Origin: Hemiscyllium ocellatum
Taxonomy: Eukaryota
DNA length: 64,000 bases
NCBI RefSeq assembly: GCF_020745735.1
Contig: NW_026867441.1
Coordinates: 541,951 to 605,950, forward strand
Reading direction: 5' to 3'
In this document: piece by piece, positions 11,903-25,640 of the stretch
How positions within the stretch are numbered: position 1 is the first letter of the stretch
Layout: each line of letters begins with the position of its first letter
The notes under the pieces: model-generated
The model's database searches: none
Seen by the model: only the letters and a program-made list of their open reading frames with translations
What the model was told of the DNA's origin: nothing
Made by a program: the position numbers and the translations under genes

Positions 11903-12699
11903 TCAGTGCCTGCTAATTTTCATATAACATGTTGTTGCCTCAAATCTGTGCTCATCTTTCCCAAATTCTACATGTAAATCCTTACAATCAAGTTCGTAAT
12001 TTGCCACAATTTTTAAATGACTCTTATCCAAGTCACATCCAACACGATGACCGAAGTAAATTGTTTTTTTCTCCGTCTCAATCTACACACATCTCCATCT
12101 ACCACACAATCCTCCTAAAACACCTCTCCTCTGGTATCCAGCTGGCAGCTCAGGGGCTGGTCTCATTTAGTCCCAATTCTATGGATGTGTTTGTAGCCAA
12201 TGAATTTAACCTTTATTCCCTCCTCAACTATGACAGTTATTGAACAGCTGCTTCAAAAATAAAACCTTCCATCTAAAAGAACAAAGTCAGATATATGGGA
12301 AAACTACTACCTGCAAATTCCCCTTCAAGCCACTCACCATCCTAACTTAGAAATATACTGACACTCCTTCACTATCACTGGTTCAATATCCAGGAACTCC
12401 ACCCAAGGGCACTGCGGATCTACCTACAGCTCACACACTGCAGTGGTTCAAGACAGCCCACTGCCACCTACTCAAAGGTAACTCGGTGTGAACAATAATG
12501 CTGCACCAGCAGGACACACACATCCTCTACATTTTTGTTTTCCGTAATCACAGATGAGCAGGGATTTCCTCCAACTGTAGATTAAAGTAATTGCTTTGAA
12601 TCCAGTCTCCATTACAACAGTAGGTGAAGCCAGTCTGGACAGTCTTGGTGTTAGATTTGACTCTGAGAGGAGCTCCAAGCCTCACTGGGCTGTTCTCTC

Positions 12700-13230
12700 T
12701 GACACTGAGCCGTTCCATTTTGAATTCCCCGCGATCCAAAGACTCGTGCACCGTGGCCAGTCATGCTGCGCCTGCGCAACGACACATTGGCCAGCAGCGG
12801 CGCGCCTGCGCACGACCTCAGGCCGGTAATCCCACGCCTGCGCAATGACACCGCAGCGGGTAACCTCACGGCTTTCTCTAAAACGTCATTCCCCCGCTGT
12901 CCCGGTCAACCCCGGAGCCGGCATCGGCGGGTCCACCTCCCAAACAATACACGGACACAGAGAATACCCTCCCCCACTGAGGGAAAAGGAGGAATTCGTG
13001 CAAGGCAACGGAATCGGTCGCACTCCAATTATTATAAACTACTATTTTAAATATAAGTACAGCTTGAATAATCGGTTTCACTTCAGTCTGTTCAACTTTT
13101 TTTACCGAATAAGGACCAATCGATTCATTGCCGCCATGTTGAGGCATAAGACCAGCAGGGGGTGGTCCCTGTGATCACGTGAGCAATTACCACGTGGTGG
13201 GTGGCGTGACGTCACTGGCCCCGCCTCCAG
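12700..13230 (-). promoter_or_regulatory. CpG-rich housekeeping-type promoter
   Basis: Three NRF1-like GCGCCTGCGCA/ACGCCTGCGCA motifs (12767-12778, 12801-12812, 12833-12844), a YY1-like CAACATGGCGGC (minus, ~13131-13142), CACGTG at 13176 and 13191, TGACGTCA at 13207-13214 and a GC box at 13219-13225. CpG density is far above the window background. Confidence 0.8.
13106..13137 (-). other. Candidate first coding exon MAAMNRLVLI(R)
   Basis: Kozak-like AACATGG within the YY1 motif and donor CG|GTAAAA. The phase is compatible with the 83-bp exon at 11034-11116. Confidence 0.35.
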
Positions 13231-14334
13231 CAGCGCTGATGAATGAATGAGCTCTTCCCAAGGAAGTAGTGACCCATCCAATCCAGGGTCCAATCCAGGA
13301 AGCAGCAAATGCTCACCTCCCAGCACACACACAGGTGTTCAGTCTTTCCAAAGGTCAAGTCCACCCACAAAGGACCAGGCTGACCCACAGAGGAATCTTT
13401 CCTCTGGAAAGGTGCATTATCTCACAGGGGACTCAGTCCAACATCAAAAAACGTGAAGGCACATGCAAAAACAAAACAAAGAAAACCAGAACGCAAGGAC
13501 CTAGACCTGCCACAAAATCAACATAATCCTTTGAGATTTGGTATTCTTGCAATTCTGTCCTGATCAGAACAAAATTAAAAGCTTCAAACAGCATTTCCCT
13601 TTTTAGAAAAAGTAAATTGAGTTTGAAAGAACATCAGCCCCTGAAATGTTATCTGTATCTTTCCCCACAAATGCTGACTAAACTTGATGGATACTTCCAG
13701 ACAATCCTGTTGAAATCAGACACTTTGTGGGAGTGTTATCGGACAAAATAAAATCACCAAGGGCCAGATAAGGCATTACGAACCAAGATGACCCAACGCT
13801 TTATTGAAGGATAGGTTTTAAGGAGCAGCATGTACGATGAAAAAGAGACAGAAAGGCAGTTTCAGAGCTTAGGGCCTCGACAGCTGAGAGGACTGTCTTC
13901 GATGGTGAAATAAATAGGTAGCACAGCCACAATAAGAGACAGGCTGCATGCGTTGTCCATCTCCCAGCAGCTGAGTCAGTTCACCCAGCAGTTAATCTCT
14001 CCTCTCCTGCCTTACCCTACCTCAGGTCATGTGGCATGTTTTCCCGTAATCTGTTTTCCCCTCGCATGTTTGTGGTGTCTGGGTACAATTTACTGCCTGT
14101 CCCTAATAGCCCTGGAGAATGGGGTACACGGAGTGTACATTGCACGAGTACACACACTGCTGTTGGAGAAGGAGTTACAAGATCTGTATCTCACCACAGT
14201 AAAAGAACACTGATACATTTCCACATCTGCTGCCCTTGGCTTTCTGGATGGTGAGGCCATGGGTTTGGAGTATGGGTGATTTATTGCAGCGTGGTCAACC
14301 TTGTGATTGAAGGAAGATCATTGATGGAGCAGTG

Positions 14335-16620
14335 AAGATCATAGAGACCCTTCAGTCCAAGTGCTGGCAGGATATCCTAACCTAATCTAGTCCCATTTGC
14401 CAGCACTTGGCCCATATCCCTCTAAACCCTTCCTATGCTTTTATCCATCCAGATGCCTTTTAAATGCTGTAATTGTACCAGCTTCCACCACTTCCTCTGG
14501 CAGATTATTTCATACATGCACCACCTTCTGCGTGGAAAAGTTGTCTCTTAAGTTCATTTTATATCTTTCCCCTCTACCCTAAACCTGAGCGCTCTAGTTC
14601 TGGACTTCCTGACCCCAGGGAAAAGACTTTGTCTATTCACCCTATCCATGCCCTTCATAATTTTCTAAACCTCTATAAGGTCAGCCCTCAGCCTCCGACG
14701 CTCCAGGGAAAACAGCCTCAGCCTAATCAGCCTCTCCGTGCAGCTCAAATCTTTCAACCCTGGCAACAGCCTTGTAAATCTTTTCTGAACCCTTTCAAGT
14801 TTCACAACATCCTTCTGATAGGAAGGAGACCAGAATTGTATGCAATATTCCAAAAGTGGTCTAACCAATGCTCTGTATAGCCACAACATGACCTCCCAAC
14901 TCTCTGTACTCAGTACTCTGAACAGTAAAGGAAAGTATACCAAACACCTCCTTCACTATCCTATCTACCTGCAACTCTACTTTCAAGGAACTATGAACCT
15001 GCTCTCCAAGGCCTCTTTGTTCAGCAGCTCTCTGTAGGATCTTACCGTTAAGTATATAAGTCCTGCTCTGATTTGCTTTTCCAAAATGCAGCACCTCACA
15101 TTTATCTAAATTAAACTCCATCTGCAACTCCTCAGCCCTATGGCTATCTGATCAAGATCGCATTGTACTCTGTTGTAACCTTCTTCGCTGTCCACACTGC
15201 CTCCAATTTTTGTGTCATCTGCAAACTTATTAGCTATACCTCTTATGTTCACATCCAAATCATTTATATGAATTATGAAAAGTAGTGGACACAGCACCGA
15301 TCCTTGTGGCACTCCACTGCTCACAGGCCTTCAGTCTGAAAAACAACCCTCCACCACCACCCCGCTCTGTCTTCTACCTTTGAGCCAGTTCTGTATCCAA
15401 ATGTCCAGTTCTCCCTGTATTCTGTGAGATCTAACCTTGCCAACCAATCTCCCATGAGGAACCTTGTCGAACGCCTTACTGAAGTCCATTTGGATCACTT
15501 GCACTGCTTTGTCCTCATCAATTTTCTTTGTGACTTCTTCAAAAACCCCAATCAAGTTCGTGAGGCATGATTTCCACGCACAAAGCCATACAGACTACCC
15601 TAATCAGTCCTTGCCTTTCCAAATGCATGTAAATCCTGTCCCTCAGGATTCCCTCCAATAACTTGCCCACCACCGACGTCAGGCTCTCTGGTCTACAGTT
15701 CCATGGCTTTTCCTTACCCCTTTTCTTAAGCAGGGGCATCACATTAGCCAACCCCCAGGCTTCCAGTACCTCACCTGTGACTATCGATCATACAAATATC
15801 TTAGCAAATGGCCCAGCAATCACTTCCCTAGCATCCCACAGAATTCTAGGGTACACCTGATCAGGTCCTTAGGATGTATTTTATGTATTTCGAGACTTTC
15901 AGCACCTCCTCCTCTGAAATATGAACATTTTCCAAGATGTCAACATCTGTTTCCCCACATTCTTCCATTTCCTTCTCCACAGTACACTGATGCAAAGTAC
16001 TCATTTTCTTTCTTCCCCATCTCCTGCGGTTGTACACACAGGCTGTCTTGCTGATCTTTGAAGGGTCCTATTCTCTCCCCATTTCTCATCCTTTTGTCCT
16101 TAATGTATTTATAAAATCTCTTTGGATTCTCCTTAACCCTATGTGACAAGGCTATCGCATGTTCCCTGTTTGCCCTCCTGATTTCCGTCTTAAGTATACT
16201 CCTATTGCCTTTATACTCTTCAAAGGATTCACTCGATCTCTGCTGTCTATACCTGACATGTGCTTCCTACTTTTTCTGAACATAAAATCTCAATTTCTCT
16301 AGTCATCCAACATTCCCTACACCTCTCAGCCTTACTTTCACCCTAAAAGGAATGCACTCTCTCTGGCTTCCCTTTTCCCAGCCGTCCCTTTACCTTTCTA
16401 GCCGAATACTGTCAAAGTTAGCCTTCCTTCAATTTAGAACTTCAACTTTTAGATGTGGTCTATCATTTTCCATCATTATTTTAAAACTAATAGAATTATG
16501 ATAGCTGGCCCCAAAGTGCTCCCCCACTGACATTCAGTCACTTGTCCTGCCTTATTTCCCCATAGTAAGTCAAGTTTTCTACCTTCTCTATTTGGTACAT
16601 CCACATACCGAATCAGAAAA
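14335..16620 (-). mobile_element. CR1/HER1-like LINE, ORF2 RT remnant
   Basis: FSKAFDKVPHGRL, GVPQGSVLCPLLF, KFADDTKIGG and LYRALVRPLLEYCIQFWSP, plus a 3' tail. Confidence 0.92.
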
Positions 16621-17354
16621 GTCTCTTGATGGTTGATCCTGACTCACTACCCTGAGGAACTCATGCAATGATGTCCTTGGACTGAGATGTTTAAGCTCAA
16701 TTCCCTCCTCCACTACTTTAGTAATCCCTTCAAAAATTAAATCAGGCAAGTTCCATCAGGCATGACCTATAATTGACAAATCTGTACTGCCAGTCTCTGA
16801 TTAGCTGAACATTTTCAAGGTTTACAGTCACCTTACCCTTACTTATCCACTGTAGTAATTCCCTAGCAACAGATGTTGTGCTAACAGGTCTATAATTCCT
16901 TCATTGTCATCTCTCACTTTTCTTAAACAGTGGAATGACATGAACAATTTTCCCATTTAAATGAATGCTACCAAATGGAGAGAACTTTGGAAGATTATAA
17001 AGTCAGAGCATCTGAAATGTTCTGACCAGCTTCCTTCAAAATTTGATGATAGAAACCACCTAATCCTGAGGGTTTGTCATCATTTAGTAACATTATATTC
17101 TACGTTGCTGTTGATAATTTTGAAGAGTGCCCATCATTGATCCAACATTAATTTCCATGGAACAGCCAGCTGGCATCTTCCTCCTCAGTAGATAATGATA
17201 CAGTGTAATTCCTTAGTCACTGTGCTCACCTTTCTTACTTTACATTGGCAATGTCACTATTGTCAATTTTCATACTTTGGTCCTGACCACCCTGTATTCC
17301 ATGACATAATTGTAAATAACATTGGATAGCACTGAAGGGTTAAAAGTGAAATTA

Positions 17355-17980
17355 ACAACAGAATCATGAAGTTGTCACGGTGCAGGAGATGTCCTTTGGT
17401 CCATCGAGTATGTACTAGCTCTCTGAATGAGTGTTATGACTCTGCCAATTTCCTGCCTCTTCCCAATGACCCCAGACATTGTTTCTGTTTAACCAACCGT
17501 CCAGTACTCCACGTGAACCTGCTTCCACCACAACTCCAGGCTGTGCATTCCAGATGCTAATTGCTTGCTGTGTGAGAAGATTTTCTTCTTGTGTTAATTT
17601 TGTTTCTTTGTGAATAACCTTGAGTCTGTGCCCCCTCATGCTTGATCCTATTAGGAGCGGTAACACTTTCTCCCTAGTCACTCTGTCCAGACCCTCCATG
17701 ATTTTGAAAGCTTCAACCAAATCTCATCTCAGCCTTCAACTCTCCAAGGAAAACAGTCTCAATATCTTCCATCTTTCTTCCCAATTGAAGTACCTCATCC
17801 CTGGAATATTCGTGTAAATCACTTCTGGACTCTCTCCAATGTGTTCACATACTTTCCCGAGCATGACTCCCAGAACACAATAGTACACAACAGAATGCAG
17901 GAACACTCTAGACAGTGTGACCCTGCAATAATGAACAGTGGCCAAAAGAGCTGAACTAAGCAAAGTATGCAAAACTGTAC
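17355..17980 (-). mobile_element. CR1-like LINE 3' fragment
   Basis: EAFKIMEGLDRVTREKVLPL..RGHRLKV, plus a tail. Confidence 0.8.
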
Positions 17981-19726
17981 TTAACCAAAATTAGCCACAC
18001 TTGCAGAACATAGAACATAGAACAGTACAGTGCAGGACAGGCCCTTCGGCCCTCGATGTTGTGCCGACCAGTGAACTAATCTAAGCTCATCCCCCTACAC
18101 TATCCCAACATCATCCATATGCTTACTCAAGGACAGTATAAATCTCCCTAATGTGGCTGAGTTAACTACATTGGCAGGTAGGGCATTCCACACCCTTACC
18201 ACTCTCTGAGTAAAGAACCTGCCTCTGACATCTGACTTACATCTATCACCCCTCAATTTGCAGCTATGCCCACTTGTACAAGCCGACATTATCATGCTTA
18301 GAAAAAGACTCTAACTGTCCACCCTACCTAATCCTTTGATCATCTTGTATGTCTCTGTTAAATCCTTCTTAGCTTTCTTCTCTCCAAAGAGAATGGACCC
18401 AAGTCCCTCAGCCTTTCCTCCTAAGACCTTCCCTCCAGACCAGGCACATCCTGGTAAATCTCCTCTACACCTTTTCCAATGCTTCCACATCCTTCCTGTA
18501 ATGGGGCGATCAGAACTGTACACAATATTCCAAGTGAGGTCACACTAGCATTTTGTACAGTGGCAGCATGACATCATGGCTCTGGAACTCAATCCCTCTA
18601 CCAATAAAACCTAACGCACCGTGTGCCTTCCTAACAGAACTATCAACCTGGGTGGTAACTTTCAGGGATCTATGTACATGCACTCCAAGATTCCTCTGCA
18701 TATCCACACTACCAAAAATCTTTCCATTGACCCAGTATTCTGCTTTCCTGTTATTCTTCCGAAAGTGAATCACCTCACATTTATCTGCATTGAATTCCAT
18801 TTTCCACCTCTCAGCCCAATTATCCAAGTCCCCTTGCAACCTGCATCATTCTTCCACACTATCCACTACTCCACTGACTTTAGTGTCATCTGCAATATTA
18901 CTAACAAAACGACCACTGCCTGCATCCAAGTCATTTATAAGAATGACAAACAGGTCCCAAAACAGATCCTTATGGAACACCACTAGTCACCGAACTTCAG
19001 GCTGAATATTCTCCATCAACCACCACTCGCTACCTTTTTACAGAAAGCAAGTTACTACTCCAAACTGCTGAATCACCCTCAATCCCATGCCTTGCATTTT
19101 CTCCAACAGCCTACCTTGTGGAACCTTATCAAAGGCTTTACTGAAGTCCATGTACGCTACGTGAACTGCCCTACCCTCATCCACATGCTTGGTCACCTTC
19201 TCAATAAACTCAGCGAGGTTTGTGAGACAAGACCTGCCCTTGACGAAACGATATTGACTATCTGCAATCAAATTGTTGCTTGCGGGATGATTATAAATCT
19301 TACCTCTTATAATCCTTTTCAAAACTTTTCCTACAATAGATGTAAGGCTATCTGGTCTATAATTACTTGGGTCATTTCTACTGCCATTCTTGAACAAGGG
19401 CATATCATTTGCAATCCTCCAGTCCTCTGGTACTAAACCTGCAGACAATGACAACTCAAAGATCAAAGCCAAAGGCTCCCAGGGAATCCGAAGATTTATC
19501 CCATCCAGCCCAGGGAACTTGTCTACTTTTACTCCTATCAGAATTGATAACATCTCTTCTTTACTAACCTCAATCCTTTCTAGTCCAATAACTCAGTCTT
19601 CTCTTCGACAATATTCTCCTTTTCTTGAGTGAAAACAGATGAGGAATATTCATTTAGCACCTCTCCGATCTCCACAGGGTGCACACACAACTTCCCACTG
19701 CTGTCTTTGACTGGCCCTATTCCTAC

Positions 19727-20224
19727 TGTTAGGTAGAAGTAGCACTCAGGCGAGTGTGAGATAGAAGTAACATTAAAATGTTAGGTAGAAGTAGCTCTCA
19801 GGCTGATGTAGCCAGTGGGCCCCAGAGGGGGAAACAGACACGAGGTCTGAGGAAGATAACTGAACCAGTGGAAAAGTACTGAAAGAGCAGTAAAACTTGA
19901 AAAAAACAGAACAAAGGGGCCATCTGGTACATAGCAAGTTGAGCTTACTGATAGCCAAATAAGGTATGTTAGAACACTGTTAAGAGACTGGGGCCAATGA
20001 CAAACTATAGAACCGACCATTACCAAATAAGGGAACGGTGCAGGAATAAGGGGGGTATAAGAATAAACAACTTAGAACAAAGGGTCAGAAGGCGCCTTCT
20101 CCAGCAAGCCTGATACCTTGCTGTAACTCGATTCTCTCTCGAATAAAGCAGTCTGTTTCTTAGAATCTGACCCGGTGTCTCATTCCTCCGAAACGAACAC
20201 GGGGACGGTAGAACCGTCTTAACA
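19727..20224 (+). mobile_element. Solo LTR (Gypsy-type) with 4-bp TSD
   Basis: TGTTA...TAACA termini, TSD CTAC at 19723-19726 and 20225-20228, AATAAA near 20141, and an internal duplication of its first 24 nt at 19780. Confidence 0.85.
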
Positions 20225-20234
20225 CTACCCTAGT

Positions 20235-20461
20235 TTAGGTCAGAGTGGTCCTGGAAGGCACAGCAGGTCAGGCTGCATCAAGGAGCAAGGAAAATCGACG
20301 TTTCGGGCAAAACCCCTTCATCTATTCCTGATGAAGCGCTTTTGCCCGAAACATCGATTTTCCTGCTGCTCGGATGCTGCCTGACCTGCTGTGCTTTTCC
20401 AGTACCACTCTGATCTAAACACTGGTTTCCAGCATCTGCACTCCTCACTTTTGCCTATTCT
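20235..20461. mobile_element. Palindromic Penelope-derived non-autonomous element
   Basis: Two inverted pLTR-like halves. TSD TACCCTAGT at 20226-20234 and 20462-20470. Confidence 0.7.
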
Positions 20462-22080
20462 TACCCTAGTCATCCTTTTATTCTTCACATGTCTATAGAA
20501 AGCTTTAGGGTTCTCCTTTATTCTACCTGCTAAAGACTGTTCATGTCCTTTCTTTGCTCTTCTCAACTCTCTCTTTAACTCATTCCTAGCTAATCTGTAA
20601 CTCTCCATTGCCTCATCTGAATCATCTCATCTCATTGTCACAGAAGCCTCCTTCTTCCACTTAACAAGAGATGCAATGTCTTTAGTAAATCACGGATCCC
20701 TTATCTTATCAGTTCCCCCCTGCCACACAGGGACATACCTATCAAGGACACGCAATATCTATTCCTTAAACTAGCGCCACATTTTGATTGTCCCCATCCC
20801 CTGCATCTTGCTACCCCATTCTATGTAGCCTAAGTCTTGCTTAATCGCATTATAATTACCCTTCCCCCATCTATAACTGTTGCCCTGTGGCATGTACCTA
20901 TCCGTTTCCATCACTAAACTAAATGGAACTGAATTATGGTCACTCTCACCAAAGTGTCTTCCTACCACTAAATCAAACACCAGGCATGGTTCATTATCAA
21001 GCACCAGACCCACTGTGGCCTCTCTTTTTGTCAGCCCTTCGACATACTGTGTCAGGAAACCCTCCTGTACAATTTGGACAGAAACTGATCCATCTGATAT
21101 ATTAGAGTTCTCGCATTTCCAGTCAATGTTGGGGACGTTAAAGTCCCCCATAATGAGCACTCTGTTCCTTTCGCTCTTACCCAGAATTATTTTGTCGATT
21201 CTCTCCTCCACATCGCTGGAACTCTGTGGAGGCCTGTAAAGAACTCCCAGCAGTGTGCCTTCTCATCCTGTTTCTGACCTCAGCCCATACCACCTCAGTA
21301 GATGAGTCCTTGTCAAAAATTCTTTCAGCCAACGTTATACCGTCCTTGACTAACAAGGTCACACCTTCCCCTCTTTTACTTTTTTCCCTGTTCTTAACGA
21401 AAGATCTAAACCCTGGAACCTGCAACATCCATTCCTGATTCTGCTCTATCCATGTCTCTGAAATGGCCACAACCTTGAAATCCCAGGTGTCTATCCATGC
21501 TGCAAGCTCACCTACCTTATTTCAGATACTTCTAGCGTTGAAGTAGACACATTTCAAATCACTTCGCTGTCTGCCAGCACATTCCTGTGACCGTGAAATC
21601 CTGTCCATGCCCTCCCTTCTCTCATCCTCCTGTGCACTGGAATGACACCTCAGGTTCCCATCCACCTGCTGTGGTAGTTTAAACCCACCAGAATAGGACC
21701 AGCAAATTTCCCACCCAAGATATTAGTACCCTTCTGGTTCAAGTGAAGACCATCCTGTTTGTAGAGGTCCTACCTTCCCCAGAATGTGCCCCAATTATTC
21801 ATACACCTGAAACCCTCTCTCCTGCACCATCCCTGCAGCCACACGTTTAGCTGATCTCTCTCCCTATTCCTTGCCTTGCTATAACGTGGCACAGGTAACA
21901 AACCAGAGATAACAACTCTTTTTTATAGCTCTCAGCTTCCACCCTAGCTCCCTGAAATCATGATTTACATCCCTATCCCTCTTTCTACCTATGTCGTTGG
22001 ATCACGACTTGAGTCTAGTCACCCTCTCCCTTCAGGACCCTAAAGACAAGATCCAAAACATCATGGACTCTGGCACCTGG

Positions 22081-24216
22081 AGGAGAAAGTGGGGACTGCA
22101 GATGCTGGAGATCAGAGCTGAAAATGTGTTGCTGGAAAAGCGCAGCAGGTCAGGCAGCATCCAAGGAGCAGGAGAAACGGCATTTTGGGCATAAGCCCTT
22201 CTTCAGGAATGAGGAAAGTGTGCCAAGCAGGCTAAGATAAAAGGTAGGGAGGAGGGACTTGGGGGAGGGGCATTGGAAATGCGATAGGTGGAAGGAGGTT
22301 AAGGTGAGGGTGATAGGCCAGAGTAGGGGTGGGGGCAGAGAGGTCAGGAAGAAGATTGCAGGTTAGGAAGGTGGTGCTGAGTTCGAGGGTTGGGGCTGAG
22401 ACAAGGTGGGGCGAGGGGAAATGAGGAAACTGGAGAAATCTGAGTTCATCCCTTGTGGTTGGAGGGTTCCTAGGCAGAGGATGAGGTACTCTTCCTCCAG
22501 CCGTCGTGTTGCTATGGTCTGGCGATGGAGGAGTCCAAGGACCTACATGTCCTTGGTGGAGTGGGAGGGGGAGTTGAAGTGTTGAGCCACGGGGTGGTTG
22601 GGTTGGTTGGTCTGGGTGTCCCAGAGGTGTTCTCTGAAACGTTCCGCAAGTAGGTGGCCTGTCTCTCCAATATAGAGGAGGCCTCATCGGGTGCAGCAGA
22701 TACAGTAAATGATGTGTGTGGAGGTGCAGGTGAATTTGTGGCGGATATGGAAGGATCCCTTGTGGTCTTGGAGGGAAGTAAGGGGGGAGGTGTAGGCACA
22801 AGTTTTGCATTTCTTGTGATTGCAGGGGAAGGTGCCGGGAGTGGCGGTTGGGTTGATGGGGGGTGTGGAACTGACGAGGGAGTCACGGAGGGAGTGGTCT
22901 TTTTGAAATGCTGATAGGGGAGAGGAGGGGAGCGAAATGTATCCCTGGTAGTGGGGTCCATTTGGAGGTGGCGGAAGTGACAACGGATGATACAATGCAT
23001 ATGGAAGTTGGTGGGGTGGTAGGTGAGGACCAGTGAGGTTCTGTCCTGTGTGATTGGAGGGGCGGGGCTCAAGGGCGGAGGAGCGGGAAGTTGAGGACAT
23101 GCGGTGGAGAACATCATCGATCAGGTCTGGCAGGAAATTGCGGTCTTTGAAGAAGGAATACCGTACAATCCAGACGGCCTCCTTCTTCAAAGACTGCAAT
23201 TTCACCCCAGACGTGATCGACGATGCTCTCTTCCGCATCTCCTCCACTTCCCGCTCCTCCGCCCTTGAGCCCCGCCCCTCCAATCACCACCAGGACAAAA
23301 CCCCACTGGTCCTCACCTACCACCCCACCAATCTCCATATACATCGTATCATCCGTCGTCACTTCCACCACCTCCAAATGGACCCCACCACCAGGGATAT
23401 ATTTCCCTCCCCTCCCCTATCAGTGTTCCGAAAAGACCTCTCCCTCCGTGACTCCCTCGTCAGGTCCACACCCCCCCACCAACCCAACCTCCACTCCCGG
23501 CACCTTCCCCTGCAACTGCAAGAAATGCAAAACTTGCGCCCACACCTCCCCCCTTACTTCCCTCCAAGGCCCCAAGGGATCCTTCCATATCCGCCACAAA
23601 TTCACCTGCACCTCCACACATATCATTTACTTATCTGCTGCACCCGATGCGGCCTCCTCTATATTGGGGAGACAGGCCACCTACTTGCGGGATATTTCAG
23701 AGAACACCTCTGGGACACCCGGAACAACCAACCCAACCACCCCATGGCTCAACACTTCAACTGCCCCTCCCACTCTACCAAGGACATGCAGGTCCTTGGA
23801 CTCCTCCATCGCCAGACCATAGCAACATGACGGCTGGAGGAAGAGCGCTTTATCTTCTGCCTCGGAACCCTCCAACCACAAGGGATGAACTCAGATTTCT
23901 CCAGTTTCCTCATTTCCCCTCGCCCCACCTTGTCTCAGTCCCAACCCTCGAACTCAGCACCGCCTTCCTATCCTGCGATCTTCTTCCTGACCTCTCCGCC
24001 CTCACCCTACTCTGGCCTATCACCCTCACCTTAACCTCCTTCCACCTATTGCGTTTCCAAACGCCCCTCCCCAAAGTCCCTCCTTACCTTTTATCTTAGC
24101 CTGCTGGACACACTTTCCTCATTCCCGAAGGAGGGCTGTTGCCCGAAACAGCGATTCTCCTGCTCCTTGAATGCTGCCTGACCTGCTGCGCTTTTCCAGC
24201 AACACATTTTCAGCCT
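22081..24216. mobile_element. Penelope-like element as an inverted pair of ~1 kb arms
   Basis: Both arms encode a GIY-YIG region (CKKCKTC, YCICCTR/LYIGET, REHL) and the shared pLTR tail. 10-bp TSD TGGCACCTGG at 22071-22080 and 24217-24226. Confidence 0.88.
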
Positions 24217-24812
24217 TGGCACCTGGGTCCAATACGCCAAACATGAGTCTCATTCATCCCCAACAAACGTTCTATCTGACCTTCGAACTATTGAGTCCCC
24301 AATGACTAACGCTCTCCTCCTTTTTCTCCTTTCCTTCTGTGCAACAGGGTCAGACACTGTGCCAGAGACCTGCACCCCACTGAATGGCCCTGGTAAGTCG
24401 CTCCCCTCCAAATGTGTCCAAAATGATGTGAAAAATAGTATTACCCCAAGAGGGGAAGGGTGGGCTGGGGTGAATGACAGCGACACCCCCAGACAGCGGG
24501 GAAAGTAACCCTGACGCATTTAAAACTGTATTATCACAAGTGAGAATTCAAACAGACTCCCACTCCACCAAACGGTGTTGAAGATGCACTGTCCTCATCA
24601 AAACACGTTTGCAAACCTCTTCACAACATGTAAGGGGAGAGAAACATTGTAAAATGTATTACCATGAGGGAGGGTCCATTAAAACAAGGACCATGATGTT
24701 ACACGCTCATAGCTGTAAACAAACTGGTGTATTTACATCTTTGTCTTATTAAACAATGTTAAAACCTCTGCCAAGCATTTTCTTGCAGACAGTGTATTTA
24801 AAATATCAAGAG

Positions 24813-25640
24813 GCTGTTGTGCTTCTTTTCGCCGATTCTGTTCTGGGAATTTGTGTTGCAGACGTTTCGTCCCTGTCTAGGTGACATCCTCAGTGCTTGG
24901 GAGCCTCCTGTGAAGCGCTTCTGTGATGTTTCCTCTGGCATTTGTAGTGGTTTGAATCTGCCGCTTCCGGTTGTCAGTTCCAGCTGTCCACTGCAGTTGT
25001 CGGTATATTGGGTCCAGGTCGATGTGCTTATTGATTGAATCTGTGGATGAGTGCCATGCCTCTAGGAATTCCCTGGCTGTTCTCTGTTTGGCTTGTCCTA
25101 TAATAGTAGTGTTGTCCCAGTCGAATTCATGTTGCTTGTCATCTGCGTGTACGGCTACTAAGGATAGCTGGTCGTGTCATTTCGTGGCAAGTTGATGTTC
25201 ATGGATGCGGATCGTTAGCTGTCTTCCTGTTTGTCCTATGTAGCACGACCAGCTATCCTTAGGAGCCACACACGCAGATGACAAGCAACATGATTTCAAC
25301 TGGGACAACACTACTATTATAGGACAAGCCAAACAGAGAACAGCCAGGGAATTCCTTGAGGCATGGCACTCATCCACAGATTCAACCTATAAGCTCATCG
25401 ACCTGGACCCAATATACCAACCACTGCAACAGACAGCTAGAACTGACAACCGGAAGCAGCAGATTCAAACCACAATAAATGCTGGAGGAAACATCACAGA
25501 AGCACTTCACAGGAGGCTCCCAAGCACTGATGATGACTCCGCGATAGGGGATGAAACGTCTGCAACACAAAATCCCAGCTCAGCAAACAGAACCACAGCA
25601 ACGAGCACCCGAGCTACAAATCTTCTCCCAAACTTTGAAT
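24813..25640. mobile_element. Second-family Penelope-like fragment, inverted pair
   Basis: YIGQTGRQLTIRIHEHQLATK (GIY-YIG). 24860-25230 is the reverse complement of ~25240-25600. Confidence 0.75.

Larger units (their letters stand above)
18005..24520 (-). mobile_element. Long CR1/HER1-like LINE (ORF1 esterase plus ORF2) carrying nested insertions
   Basis: (AGAACAT)n tail at 18006, RT motifs (DFSKAFDKVP), endonuclease motifs (AISETW, IMGDFN, GESDH) and the ORF1 SGNH motif ALVIGDSIVR at ~24300. Confidence 0.88.
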
